Below, piece after piece: positions 21,214-32,944 of a DNA stretch of 64,000 bases (the first letter of the stretch is position 1; every line of letters starts with the position of its first letter). The notes under the pieces were generated by a model. That model saw only the letters and a program-made list of their open reading frames with translations, was not told the DNA's origin and searched no databases. This stretch comes from Eledone cirrhosa (Eukaryota), in assembly GCA_964016885.1 (NCBI GenBank), contig OZ024742.1:235290001-235354000 (forward strand), given 5' to 3'. Both the position numbers and the translations under genes were made by a program.

Positions 21214-23044
21214 GATTGAAACCTAAAACAAACAATCCCTCCATTTCGTCAAGATAAAATGAAATTAAAGTAAATTCAGCCTTATAAGACCGTACAATTA
21301 ATTTAAGTAGAAGGCCTAACCGCCAACGCCATAGTGAAATCAACCAACTTATACTGAAAATAATCCAAACGTTTAATAGGGAAAGTTTGCTAACCGTCGT
21401 AATAAAAAAATAAATATCAATAACTTACGAAGTAATGAACTCGCCGAACTTTTAAAGCGTCTACTAAAGATTTACTTAATCGTCTGCACATTCGCTAATC
21501 GTCTGCTCATTCCATAAAAGGGAAATAATCGCCTATATCACCTCTCTGCATGACTGTCTGTCTGCACGCCTATATCACCTCTCTGCATGACTGTCTGTCT
21601 GCACGCCTATATCACCTCTCTGCACGACTATCTGTCTGCACGCCTAACGACGAAATATTTGCTTGTTTTACGTAGTCTTTAAATAGACTTGTTTTCAAGT
21701 AAAAATATTGTTTTAAAATGCTTTTAAATGGAAATGAAGCGTGTTTATTATTAATATTCCCTCAACCAACAATATGCCTTATGAAGTTAAGAAGAAATAA
21801 CGATAACCCGAATGTTATAACAAAAGAGGATGCTGGGGATAGAAACTGCACTGGTTATTTATTAACAAAGATCGAAAATGTAAACATTGCAACGCAGAGA
21901 AAAATATTAGCGTAACCAAATTATCAGTTATGTCTGTCTGCACGCCTATATCACCTCTCTGCACGACTGTCTGTCTGCACGCCTATATCACCTCTCTGCA
22001 CGACTATCTGTCTGCACGCCTATATCACCTCTCTGCACGACTGTCTGTCTGCACGCCTAACGACGAAATATTTGCTTGTTTTACGTAGTCTTTAAATAGA
22101 CTTGTTTTCAAGTAAAAATATTGTTTTAAAATGCTTTTAAATGGAAATGAAGCAAAACGGAAGCTTAGTGTTCGAACTGATGAATTTTGCAGGTCAATAT
22201 TTTGCTGGCTCGACAACTGTTCGTGTATTGTAATTTTTTACGTAAGACGCTCAATGTAAACAGAACAAAGGGAAATAACTGATCACTTACGCTCAAAAAT
22301 CGATACATTATATTCGATTTCGTCACATAGGGTGGGTCAATTTGAAATTTTTTTTTTCCGATGTCTTCGCTAGGGCTCAATGTACAAGTCTAGCAATTTC
22401 GGTGCAATTCCGTGAGAGATTCTAAGAGGAGATGTGTGCCGAAAATCGATAGACAGACAGACAACCACAGTTTTATATATATAGATTATATAGTATGTTA
22501 AAAAAAAAAAACTATAAAAATTATGGAAGCTTAATGTGTCAATCAGTAAGATTTAAAATTCTTTATTTTATCAACCTCGGAAAGATGAAAGGAAAAGTGG
22601 ACCTCAGCTAGATATAAACACGGAATCCATAACAAATCAACTGGACAACAACTGTAAAACAAAAGTTACTTTAATTATGTAATGTTTCTTAATTAATTAT
22701 TTCTACTTTAGGCACAAGGCCAGCAATTACTCAGTTCATTACTGGTACCTTATTTTATCGACCCCATAAGGATGAAAACCAATGTTTCTTAATTAATATT
22801 ACAAAATTAGATTAATTGATGAAATGAATAAGTTTCATTAATTTTATAATTAACAGTTCGTGGTGGGGGTAGAAACGATAATGTCCTTCAGGAATATTTT
22901 ATAAACTTATAATCATTATTTTTTTTAAAAATATTTTTTAACAATCAACGTTTATTAAACTATCTTTATATCAATAACCGAAGAAATCATAAATTACACC
23001 TTCAAAGATGAATTTTTGCAAATTATGAATTAATAAGAAAGTAT

Positions 23045-23902
23045 TTACTTGTAAAAGTATAATTCTTTTGTTAACATGTTCGCTATATATGGAATCTGTT
23101 TCATTCCATACATATCCACATTATTAGACTGATATTCATGGGCTACCATACGATTTACTGAAATCATTAGTCTTTGCAGTTCATGTTGACTTCCGTCTTT
23201 ACGCAGAACTTTCGCTAGCGATTGTATAAACCAGGATCCAGTAGTTGCATTTCTCCAGGAGTAAAATCCAGGGACAGTAGATTGAGCTATAAGTACGTCT
23301 GCCCATTGAGGTATATTGTAAGATTTGATATTTTCATATTTACTCCATTGACTAACTTCAGCATCGTGAAGCAGTGCACCACTATCATATTTCAGTCCTC
23401 GACAGGCTTGTATGAAAAATAGTTTAGGTTTACCTTTTAAAGACGAACATCGATCAGGAAGTAACATTTCAACTAAACTGTCAAGTTTTACCTTATTATT
23501 AGTGCACCATATCTGGTTATCTTCTTCCCCGTGACTCAATATAACACAAACGAAGCAGTTATTGTTTCTGTGATCCATCGAAGCTATATCTTCAAAGATT
23601 TGTATAGTTCGTTTCTCTGATAAATTCTTTCGGGTAATTATATTAAAATGTAATGAGTCCAATACTCTTTTCATAACCGATTGATCTTTGTCGGATCCTT
23701 CTCGATCAAGCAAACCAGTCGATTTATCAAATTTTTCATTATTGATTATTAAAGCTAGGTTCCTTTTATTGGGATCCATAACATAATTGGTACTTCCACA
23801 CTCAATGCTTCCATCAACTGGCTTTTTACATGGAATAGGTAGTTTAATGTCTCTCTCATTAAAATATATACCTGTAATAGGTCGTGCATCTGTGTAATCC
23901 AT
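23045..23902 (-). CDS. Effector caspase (caspase-3/7-like), 285 aa, single coding exon
   Basis: ALIINNEKF, REGSDKD, ILSHG (His), GKPKLFFIQACRG (Cys), YSWRN..GSWFIQSL, KQIP..LTKELYF; short prodomain; AATAAA on - strand at about 22951. Confidence 0.95.
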   Translation of the reverse strand: MDYTDARPITGIYFNERDIKLPIPCKKPVDGSIECGSTNYVMDPNKRNLALIINNEKFDKSTGLLDREGSDKDQSVMKRVLDSLHFNIITRKNLSEKRTIQIFEDIASMDHRNNNCFVCVILSHGEEDNQIWCTNNKVKLDSLVEMLLPDRCSSLKGKPKLFFIQACRGLKYDSGALLHDAEVSQWSKYENIKSYNIPQWADVLIAQSTVPGFYSWRNATTGSWFIQSLAKVLRKDGSQHELQRLMISVNRMVAHEYQSNNVDMYGMKQIPYIANMLTKELYFYK

Positions 23903-24231
23903 AGTTTAATATCTATTGACAGTTAAGTAGAATGAGAAACGGAGTAAGATAATAATGAAATTATTGTTTAATTGGGGTACGTTTCTTCTCTTCAGTTCAG
24001 TTGCAATCCCAAGAATAAAGAACAGATTCTATTAGTTAATATAAAACGATTGTCATGGGTTACTAATTAAATGTCCTCAGAAGGAGTCGTAGATGGCAAT
24101 AACAATAATAAGAAAAAATCTGACTGGTTTGATAATTGGGTTACTTTTATCGCTTGACCAAGTCAACCCGGAACTTAATGATAACTGCTCTCCAGTTTGT
24201 GGGTGTGCTACTTACTATATATAGATATATA

Positions 24232-27032
24232 TGTTTCTTTTATTTGCCACCAGGGCATCAAAAGTGGGACAAGTACAATGGGGGGAGTTTACAAAACAAG
24301 GCGTCCTCAATAGGGAGGAGGCAATAACAATATATAAAAATAAAATAAAATATAACAAAAAATAAAATTTATAACAAAGTCTATAACGGGTTTTAGGGTC
24401 AATTCTTAATATATATAATAGAGATCAGAAGGCATTTCGAACATTGACTAAATCCATTATCGATGTTGTAACTCTATTTATTAGTCGTACATGTTGAACG
24501 GATACATTAGGTACAGGTCGTATCTACATGTGTAGGATGTAGCTTGGTCCGCTTCATTGCAAGATGGAGATGTTGTTAGCAGCGATGAGTGTAGCCTGGT
24601 CTTGTCTATAAGAGAGGTGCGTGTAGACTAATGACTCTCTTGGTCACCTCCGCTCACACTGGTGACGTAGTTCTGGACAGTCGAATTAGTGCGCCGAAGG
24701 TTTTGATTGGCTCACACTTCAGCCAACTTACCTCCGTAACACCATTCCTCCGCAGAAGGAAAATACATTTTATTCACTGCTACAAGTCCCCTTGGGGGGT
24801 CGCACACACCCCCGAAAAAAGTGTGCAACCCTTCTCCTCAGGAGCACAGAGAAGGGGTGCTCCCTTGGTATTTCATCTTCCTCACCTATAGTCTGATGTA
24901 GAGTGAAGGCCCATTCACACGGGCCATTCTCGCCACTTTCACCCATCTTTCATAGAAACGGCTGGGGTGCAGCACCTCTCTCTCCATCCTGATCCTTCTT
25001 CCGAAATGATATCGGAAGAAACGGACCAGTTGTTGGCCAGAGAGAAAGGTGTCTGACCTCAGTCCTTTCAGACGCGTCCACCATACAACCTCTTTCGCCA
25101 TGGCTATTACGCACAGAAACACCGCCTCTCCTTCGTTTTTGAAGAGGGGAGGCGGCTTGATCGTTACAATAGACTCGGTGGTCAACCGGATCGGTCCCAC
25201 CCTTGACAGCAGTTGTTCGACATAGCCCCACAGATCGGCAATGCCCGAGCAGTGTACCAGTGCGTGTGCAACGGTTTCCTCGTCGCACACGCATCTGGGA
25301 CAGATCTTTTTCGATGGGTCCCTACCCGGGCGCCCGTGTCTGTAGAGCCTTTCTCGAACGGGCAGAGCCCTTCTGTAGCATTGCCAGGCCAGGGACCTCT
25401 GGAAGTTATCCATGGGTCCCGGGTTGAATGTCCTACCGAACAGGTTGGCCAGTTCGTCTTCCTCCATGCCTAGGGCTTCTCCGAGGGTGTCGTCGCACCT
25501 GCTAACCACCAGCCCTCTATAGAATGACGAGGTGGATTCTCCACTGACAGCCGGGTCCGCCTGCCAGAGAGCCGTGAGCGCCTGGGCACACTCGGTGTTC
25601 ATCACCTCACCCCAGTTCTTCTCCACCTGGAGGTCTGGTCCGAACCAGACCCCGAGCAACTTCACCGGGCCCTCCGTCCAGCGCCCGACGACGCCATCGG
25701 AGGGCATCGATCTGCCCCTCCACGTGCCGAGTTGCAGACCGATCGACTTGTCCCGGTTCAGCTTAGCCCCTGTAAACCTTTCGTACTCCTCCAGTAAGGT
25801 GCCGATCGCCCCGATTTCCGAGGCCGTCGACACCATTACTGTTACGTCATCGGCGTAGGCTGACACCGTTTTCCGCAATCCCGGTTCCAACGGGATGCCC
25901 TGCAACAACTCCAACTTCCGCAGCAGTGGCTCTAGAGTCATTACATACAGAAGGAAGGAGAGAGGGCACCCCTGTCGGATGGACCGCGCGATTTCGAACG
26001 GCTCCGAGAGGTAGCCGTTCACCTTGACCCTAGAGCAGATGTGGCTGCTGTGCATGGCATTGATCCAGCCCCTGAAAACGGGTCCGAAGCCTGCCGCCGC
26101 TAGCACCGCATCCAGGTAACCATGGTCGACTCTATCGAATGCCTTAGATTGATCCAAGTTGATCAGGGCCCCACCAAAGCCGGGTTCGTTCCCAGCCCTC
26201 TCTATGATGTATCGCATGAGGTGGAGGTTATCGTGGATGGACCTGGACGGGATAGCACATGTCTGCGCATCTCCCACCGGGTTTCCCACGACAAGCGCCA
26301 ACCTCTTTGCTAGCACCTTGGCCAAAATCTGTAACTCTGTATTTAGCAGAGTTATGGGCCTGAAATTATTTATATCGTCCCCCTTGTTCTCGTCCTTCCT
26401 CACTAGCGTGACTACGCCCTTGGTCACAGCACAGGGAATTCTCCAGTTCTGTTGCCAGTTGCAGTAGACCGCCTCGAGGAGTTCGGGGAACAAGTCCGGC
26501 ATAGCTAGATATAGTTCGTATGGAAGACCATCGAGACCCGGGATTTGCGTTTGCCGCATTGGCTCAGCACGTCCTCTATTTCAGCGGCTGAAATCGGCTC
26601 CTCGCAGGACTTCGCCTCCCTGTCCGAGAGACGCGGCAGGCCGTCGAGGTATGGACCGAAGTCCACGTCCCCAACCGGCCCCCCGCCCCTTCCGAACAAT
26701 CCGGCAAAGTGCTTTTGAAAAGCCTCGCACATCTGCTTAGGTTCAAGGATCACGCGTCCATCCTGGTCTCGCAAAGACCGGATAGTGGATCTGCTCCCTC
26801 TTTTGGCTTCTGTCACGCGGGCCCAGCTAACAGCTTTGGTCCCCTCGTTTCCCAGAGCACGTATTTTGCTTCGGACGATGCAGCCTTCGTGTTTCGCGTC
26901 GAAGAACTGGCCCAGGGCCGTTCTCGACGCTAGCACTCTGGCCACGTCGCCGCTTCTAATTGCCTCTTCTACACTATCTACCAACTCCCTTTCCTTCCTA
27001 TTTCTATTGGAGGCTAACTCCTTACTAAATTC
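24232..27032 (-). mobile_element. 5'-truncated Tx1-like LINE with a frameshift, an in-frame internal deletion and a 14-bp TSD
   Basis: ORFs 26505..26984 and 24886..26559 match ORF2. The KNWGEVMN|TECAQ junction lacks roughly 140 aa. TSD TATATAGATATATA at 24218-24231 and 27033-27046. Confidence 0.92.
24382..24784. mobile_element. Probable solo LTR inserted in the Tx1 3' UTR
   Basis: 403-bp insert absent from other Tx1 3' UTRs; 4-bp TSD AGTC; termini TATAAC...GCTACA (TG..CA with one change). Confidence 0.6.
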
Positions 27033-27207
27033 TATATAGATATATAGTATTCAGGATACTATTTATGGTTATGCAAATACAAAAACCTTTTGTAGTTATA
27101 TATATTTTTACAAACCCTAAATAGTGATAGGCAGTAATATATTACTACCTTATTACCAGTAAGTTAAATAGCTCAATGTAATAACATCAGATGATTTACA
27201 GAGCAGT

Positions 27208-27381
27208 TATATATAAGTTATAAGAATCAAAGAACTGTTCAAAACATTTTTATGCTTACAACTGTTTCCTCCAAACCGAGGTTTGGATTCTCTCCGATGA
27301 ATCCGAACCTCGGTTTAGAGGAAACAGTTGTAAGCATAAAAATGTTTTGAACAGTTCTTTGATTCTTATAACTTATATATA
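27208..27381. repeat. Near-perfect foldback (83-bp arms, 8-nt loop) with a degenerate hammerhead-like core
   Basis: Arms 27208-27290 and 27299-27381; CCGATGA...GAAACAGTTGTA on + strand. Confidence 0.85.
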
Positions 27382-27835
27382 GATATATATAAATATAATT
27401 TAACGAGAATCGCATTTCGGCGGGTAGAAATTAGCGAAACGCAATATATATATATTTACACTCACACATACATACACTTACACTTACGTGAGTATTCGCA
27501 AATTGTTGAGATAGTCGAACATTCGTAAATATTGTACATAACCTGTATAGCGACTAGAAGAACAAAAATAAACAAGGAGAAATTCCTAGAAATTGTAATT
27601 GTTCGGCAAGCTGATGTAGTGAAATAGCCGAACATATATATTGTACATGATCTTACATTTCCCATTTTATCGTTACTCTCAGACAGGTTTGTAACGAATA
27701 AGTGGAATTCAGTTGTAACGGATAGATGGGTTTGTTGGTATGATGGTTTCAATGCAAAGAATAGGACCAGGATTGTGTTGTTACAATATTTATTTTATTA
27801 TAACAATATTCAATTTGAATATTGAATGATAAAAT

Positions 27836-28872
27836 CTATAACATGTACTGAGAAATGAAGTCCAGATGTCGGACCTCACTGGGTGAGTGGCGGTCAGGCT
27901 TGGCGTTGAACGCGTACACTAGTTTGTGGTCGGTGTATATGGAGAACACACGACCTTCTAGCATGTATCGAAAATGCTTGACAGCAAGGTATGCTGCCAA
28001 TAATTCACGACTGAATGTGCTGTACTTATTTTCGGCGGGTTTTAATCGCTTAGAGAAAAAAGATACAGGTCGCCAAATATCGCCAGAGAGTTGTTGAAGC
28101 ACACCTCCAACTCCGAAATCGGATGCATTAGTCAATAAACACATTGGGGCGTCAGGTTTGGAGGAACTTAGCATTGTAGCCTCGGACAACATTTTCTTCA
28201 ACTCAGCGAAAGCGGTACATTCTTTTTCGCTGAGACTGATGTTCGCGTTTTTGGTTGTACGCTGCCGCAGCGAATCTGTGAGCGATTGCACAGTGGGGTA
28301 TAAATCTTCTGTAGAAGTTCACCAGGCCAAGAAATTCTCGCAGTTTGCGGAGAGATGCGGGCTGTGGAAAATCAATGATGGATTGACTTTCTCCTTAAGT
28401 GGGCGAATTCCATCTTCATCAATGATGTGTCCCAGAAAATGAAGGGACGCAACTCCGAACTCACACTTGCTGGTGTTGATAACAATTCCGCATTCACGCA
28501 AACGTGCGAATAGCAGGTCCAGGTGCCTCTCATGTTCTTCATCGGAGCCGCTGGCCTCCAGGAAGTCATCGATGTATGCGTATACAAATGGTAGACCTCT
28601 GGTGACTGTATCGAGGAATCGTTGGAATGTCTGCGCTGCATTATGCAACCCGAAAGGCATGCGCAGGAATTCGAACATTCCAAAGGGTGTTGTGACGGAG
28701 GTCTTCGGAATATCAGCGGGCTCCACAGGTATCTGATTGTAAGCTCGCACAAGATCGATCTTCGAAAATATGCGAGCTCCGTGCAGCAAGCTAGAGAAGT
28801 CCTGTAGATGAGGCACTGGATAAGAGTCAGGCACGGTGCAGTTGTTCAGTGCACGGTAGTCGCCACAGATTC
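27836..28872 (-). mobile_element. Gypsy/Ty3 pol fragment (RT and RNase H), frameshifted
   Basis: [43 protein letters not shown]; NASDFGVGGVLQQ, YSTFSRELLA, YTDHK. Confidence 0.93.
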
Positions 28873-28879
28873 GAATGAA

Positions 28880-29300
28880 TGATGAATAGCTCCTGTTTAT
28901 TTTAACATGTCTATCGAGCACTCTGATTCGATATGTGTTTTCCACATTACCGATAATTTTTCGCGAATATAGAGGTTATCTCCCTTGCTGGACTCCATGT
29001 GCGTTCACGGATTAAGGAATTGCAGAAACCCAAGAAGCTAGATTTACCACCTTTCTAGTGGGTCCGGGTAAGTTTTTTACATTCATATAAATTATTGATT
29101 TATTGATATTTTATTTGAGTGACCCGAATCTTCCTGGTCGTTCTTTTTCGGCTGCATGGGTGATTTTAGGCATAATCTTTGTGTGTTGGTATTTTAACGA
29201 TAGTTATAGCTCTGATTTATCTGAATTATTGAGCCCTCTGCCACCCATGTCGGATTTGTTTATCGTAAATTCGTGAGCTGATTTTCCGATACTCGATTAT
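28880..29300 (-). pseudogene. Possible highly degenerate Penelope-like RT N-terminal fragment
   Basis: Minus-strand INKSDMGG and PGRFGSL loosely resemble the PLE motifs ADKG and PGRFY.LPKIHK; several stops. Confidence 0.3.
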
Positions 29301-29407
29301 TCTATTATATATATATATGTAGAAATTCTATTTAAATTGTTGGGATACAACAAGCAAATATTTTTATAACTGATATAAAGCACTCAACAAATAATTGGAG
29401 TAAAAAT

Positions 29408-30216
<809 letters not shown>

Positions 30217-30519
30217 ATATATGTCTGTGTGTGTGTATCTGAATATCTAATACTTTAATTGGATCTCTCTCTGTGTTTCTCCCTCTGTGTATCTCTCTCT
30301 CTTTAGATGTGTATAATTTTTGTGTGATTAACCAACCAACCAACCAGCCAAGAAACTTTTCCCTTTTATATTATATTTAAATTTAGATTTCTCTCTATGC
30401 ATATACCATATATTTTATATTTTTTTAATATATATTATTCCATACATAGCATGCTAACTAACTAACTAACTGCCAAATACTTACCTTATTACTGAATTAA
30501 CAAACTATAATCATCATAA

Positions 30520-31523
30520 TCTATAAAGCTCAGTGTGAGGTCATGCTCCTTCGTTATAGAAATCTACGATATAGAATTTCTTCAATTGAAATTTACAATT
30601 CAGTATTCGAAATAGCTTCGATTGCGTCTTGACGCAGATAATTTTTTCAATTTCACCCACAATTACGCAAAAAATAGATAAAACTCAATATTTTACGATT
30701 TTTCTCTCTCATTTAAACTGCTGAACCCTTTCTACTACCATTCAAAATCTATACAACTTCATACTTTCTGCTACTTTCTCTTTCCAAGCTTGATGGTGAT
30801 ACTGTCCGTTCACACCACTTCCTACTGTCTTAAATTTAGAAAACACATATCCTCTATGAGGTTACTAAACCTGCTAGAAACAGCAGCTAACTCTCCCCCA
30901 TATCACACCCCTCCCCACACCACTCCCTACTGTCTTAAATTTAGAAAACACATATCCTCTATGAGGTTACTAAACCTGCTAGAAACAGCAGCTAACTCTC
31001 CCCCATATCACACACCCTCCCTACTGTCTTAAATTTAGAAAACATATCTTCTATGAGGTCACTAAACCTGCTAGAAACAGCAGCTAACTCTCCCCCATAT
31101 CACACCACTCCCTACTGTCTTAAATTTAGAAAACACATATCCTCTATGAGGTCACTAAACCTGCTAGAAACAACAGCTAACTCTCCCTCATATCACAACC
31201 CTCCCTACTGTCTTAAATTTAGAAAACACACAGACAACCATGCAGAACAACTCCATCGCAGCTCTGTTGTTCGGCTGGCATCGTCTACGCGCGTGTTGCG
31301 CAAGTACTGTGAAACAATAAATTTCAACACTTTTTTGCACAGAGATAATATCCATAGGCGAAACTACAATTGTCACTGCTGGCGCAGCTCCTGCTTCGGC
31401 AGTCCAGGTCTGCAATTCATTCACCCAGTGCCTGGCAGACAAAAAAGTGCTGCCATAAAATGGGTGGTGCAACCTAACTTTGGTAACTTAATGACCCCGA
31501 GCAACGCCGGGCTTTAATGCTAG
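30520..31523 (+). mobile_element. Non-autonomous Helitron containing a tandem repeat
   Basis: 3' end GACCCCGAGCAACGCCGGGCTTTAATGCTAG^T is nearly identical to the autonomous Helitron end; candidate 5' A^TCTATA at 30520 (less certain). Confidence 0.72.
30812..31230. repeat. Tandem repeat, unit about 92-105 bp, about 4.3 copies
   Basis: CCTACTGTCTTAAATTTAGAAAACACATATCCTCTATGAGG..ACTAAACCTGCTAGAAACAGCAGCTAACTCTCCCCCATATCACAC. Confidence 0.92.
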
Positions 31524-31929
31524 TATCTTTATAAAGAAAAGTGTCAACAATCTTCTAGATATATAAATTATACATTAACTAATTCATTGCAATCTAACAA
31601 AATGTTTTGCAAAAAACACAAGTAAACTTATAACCTTGCATGTTTTTTACAAAAATTAATTCTGCATAACGTGCATTTGAAACTTATTGCATGCTTGAAC
31701 ATATACTTTTTCAATTTTCACTATTTCATATTGCCTTAGTTGATTCTCAAAACATTGGAAGGTTAAACCTCTTATGGTTATTTTTTATTCTGAATAAGAT
31801 TTCCTGAAGATATACAGTTGTGATAAAGCACTCAAGATATGGATAATTATTAACTGATAAGTTGCTCTGCAAATGGATGATATTTTAGCTGTATTAAAAT
31901 GTGCTTAGAAATGCAAGAATAAATAATAA

Positions 31930-32410
31930 TCTTTTATCTTTTTACCTGTTTCAGCCGTCCGGCTGAGGCCATGCTGGGGCACCACCCTTGTTACTACATG
32001 TTCTATATCCAGCCTGTGTTGGCTGGCCATTGATGTGTGAAGGAGTTCATTGCTGTTGCCCTTAGGTTACTTTCGTTCTGTGCTGTGGACTCATCTGGGA
32101 TTCTGGATAGCAGAGTGTCAAAATGTTTCTTGAAAACATCCACGTCCATACCATGCAGATTTCTTAAATTTCTTGGCAGCTTATTGAAGAGTTGAGGGCC
32201 TTTGAACTCCAGGCTATTACAATATCTGCTCCTTACTCTAGATGTGAATGATGGAACATTTGGCACCATACAGTGACGTCCTGTTTGGGGGTTGGACCAG
32301 CTTTCAATGCCAAAGTTTGGTGCTAGCCCCTCCAAGATGTTCTATATGTATATCACTACGTATCTCGCCCATTTCGTTCCAAGGAGTAGAATTTTAGTTC
32401 TTTTAGTCTC
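31930..32410 (-). mobile_element. CR1-group LINE 3' fragment
   Basis: ERY..IYI..ILEGLAPN..GRHC..GPQLFNKLP..FKKHFD..LSRIPD C-terminal pattern. Confidence 0.65.
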
Positions 32411-32944
32411 TCTCAGTAGCTCATCTCCTTCATCATGGCAATCCTCTTGGTGTAGCTTCATTGGATTGCTTCAAGCTCTCTTGTTCTGAAAGTTCTCAAG
32501 ATTCAGCTAGCGAGTCGTCTGCACATTGTCACCACTCTCATGAAGTGTGAAGAAAACAATGCATCGTCACTCATGTCTATACCCAGGTCTCGTAGGGATT
32601 TTGACATGGGGATTTCTGGCGTCAAGTAGAGGATCTCAGACAGAGTAAATGTTGATGATAGTATTTACATCTATGCTCAAAGGGTATAATGCCGAGTTCG
32701 AATTGTGTGCTAGTCAGGATTATAATGGGAGAAAGTTTCATATTGCAGTTGAATACACGTTCTAGTCTATTAAGTAAATTTTTCCCAGTAATTATTTAAT
32801 ACATTTCGAGTTTACAAATTTTGCAAGAATTGGGATCAATCCTCGATTTTGCTAATTAATACCAACAGCACACACAAACTTGCCAAATTTTCCATGCTGT
32901 TGTGAGCAATGCCACGTCAAGTGACCATGTTTTCCTCATACAGA

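Larger units (their letters stand above)
14568..22485 (-). mobile_element. Full-length Helitron (about 7.9 kb)
   Basis: 5' A^TCTATATATATAAAA at 22485; 3' hairpin CCCGAGCAGCACCGGG followed by CTAG^T at 14568; internal RepHel. Confidence 0.93.

Noticed and set aside
22486-23902. Caspase as Helitron-captured cargo
   Set aside because: A clear A^TC 5' terminus at 22485 places the caspase about 560 bp outside the element; no alternative upstream terminus was identified.
28319-28945. Single chimeric RT gene
   Set aside because: The N-terminal 22 aa come from unrelated adjacent sequence joined to a frameshifted Gypsy fragment; a decayed junction.
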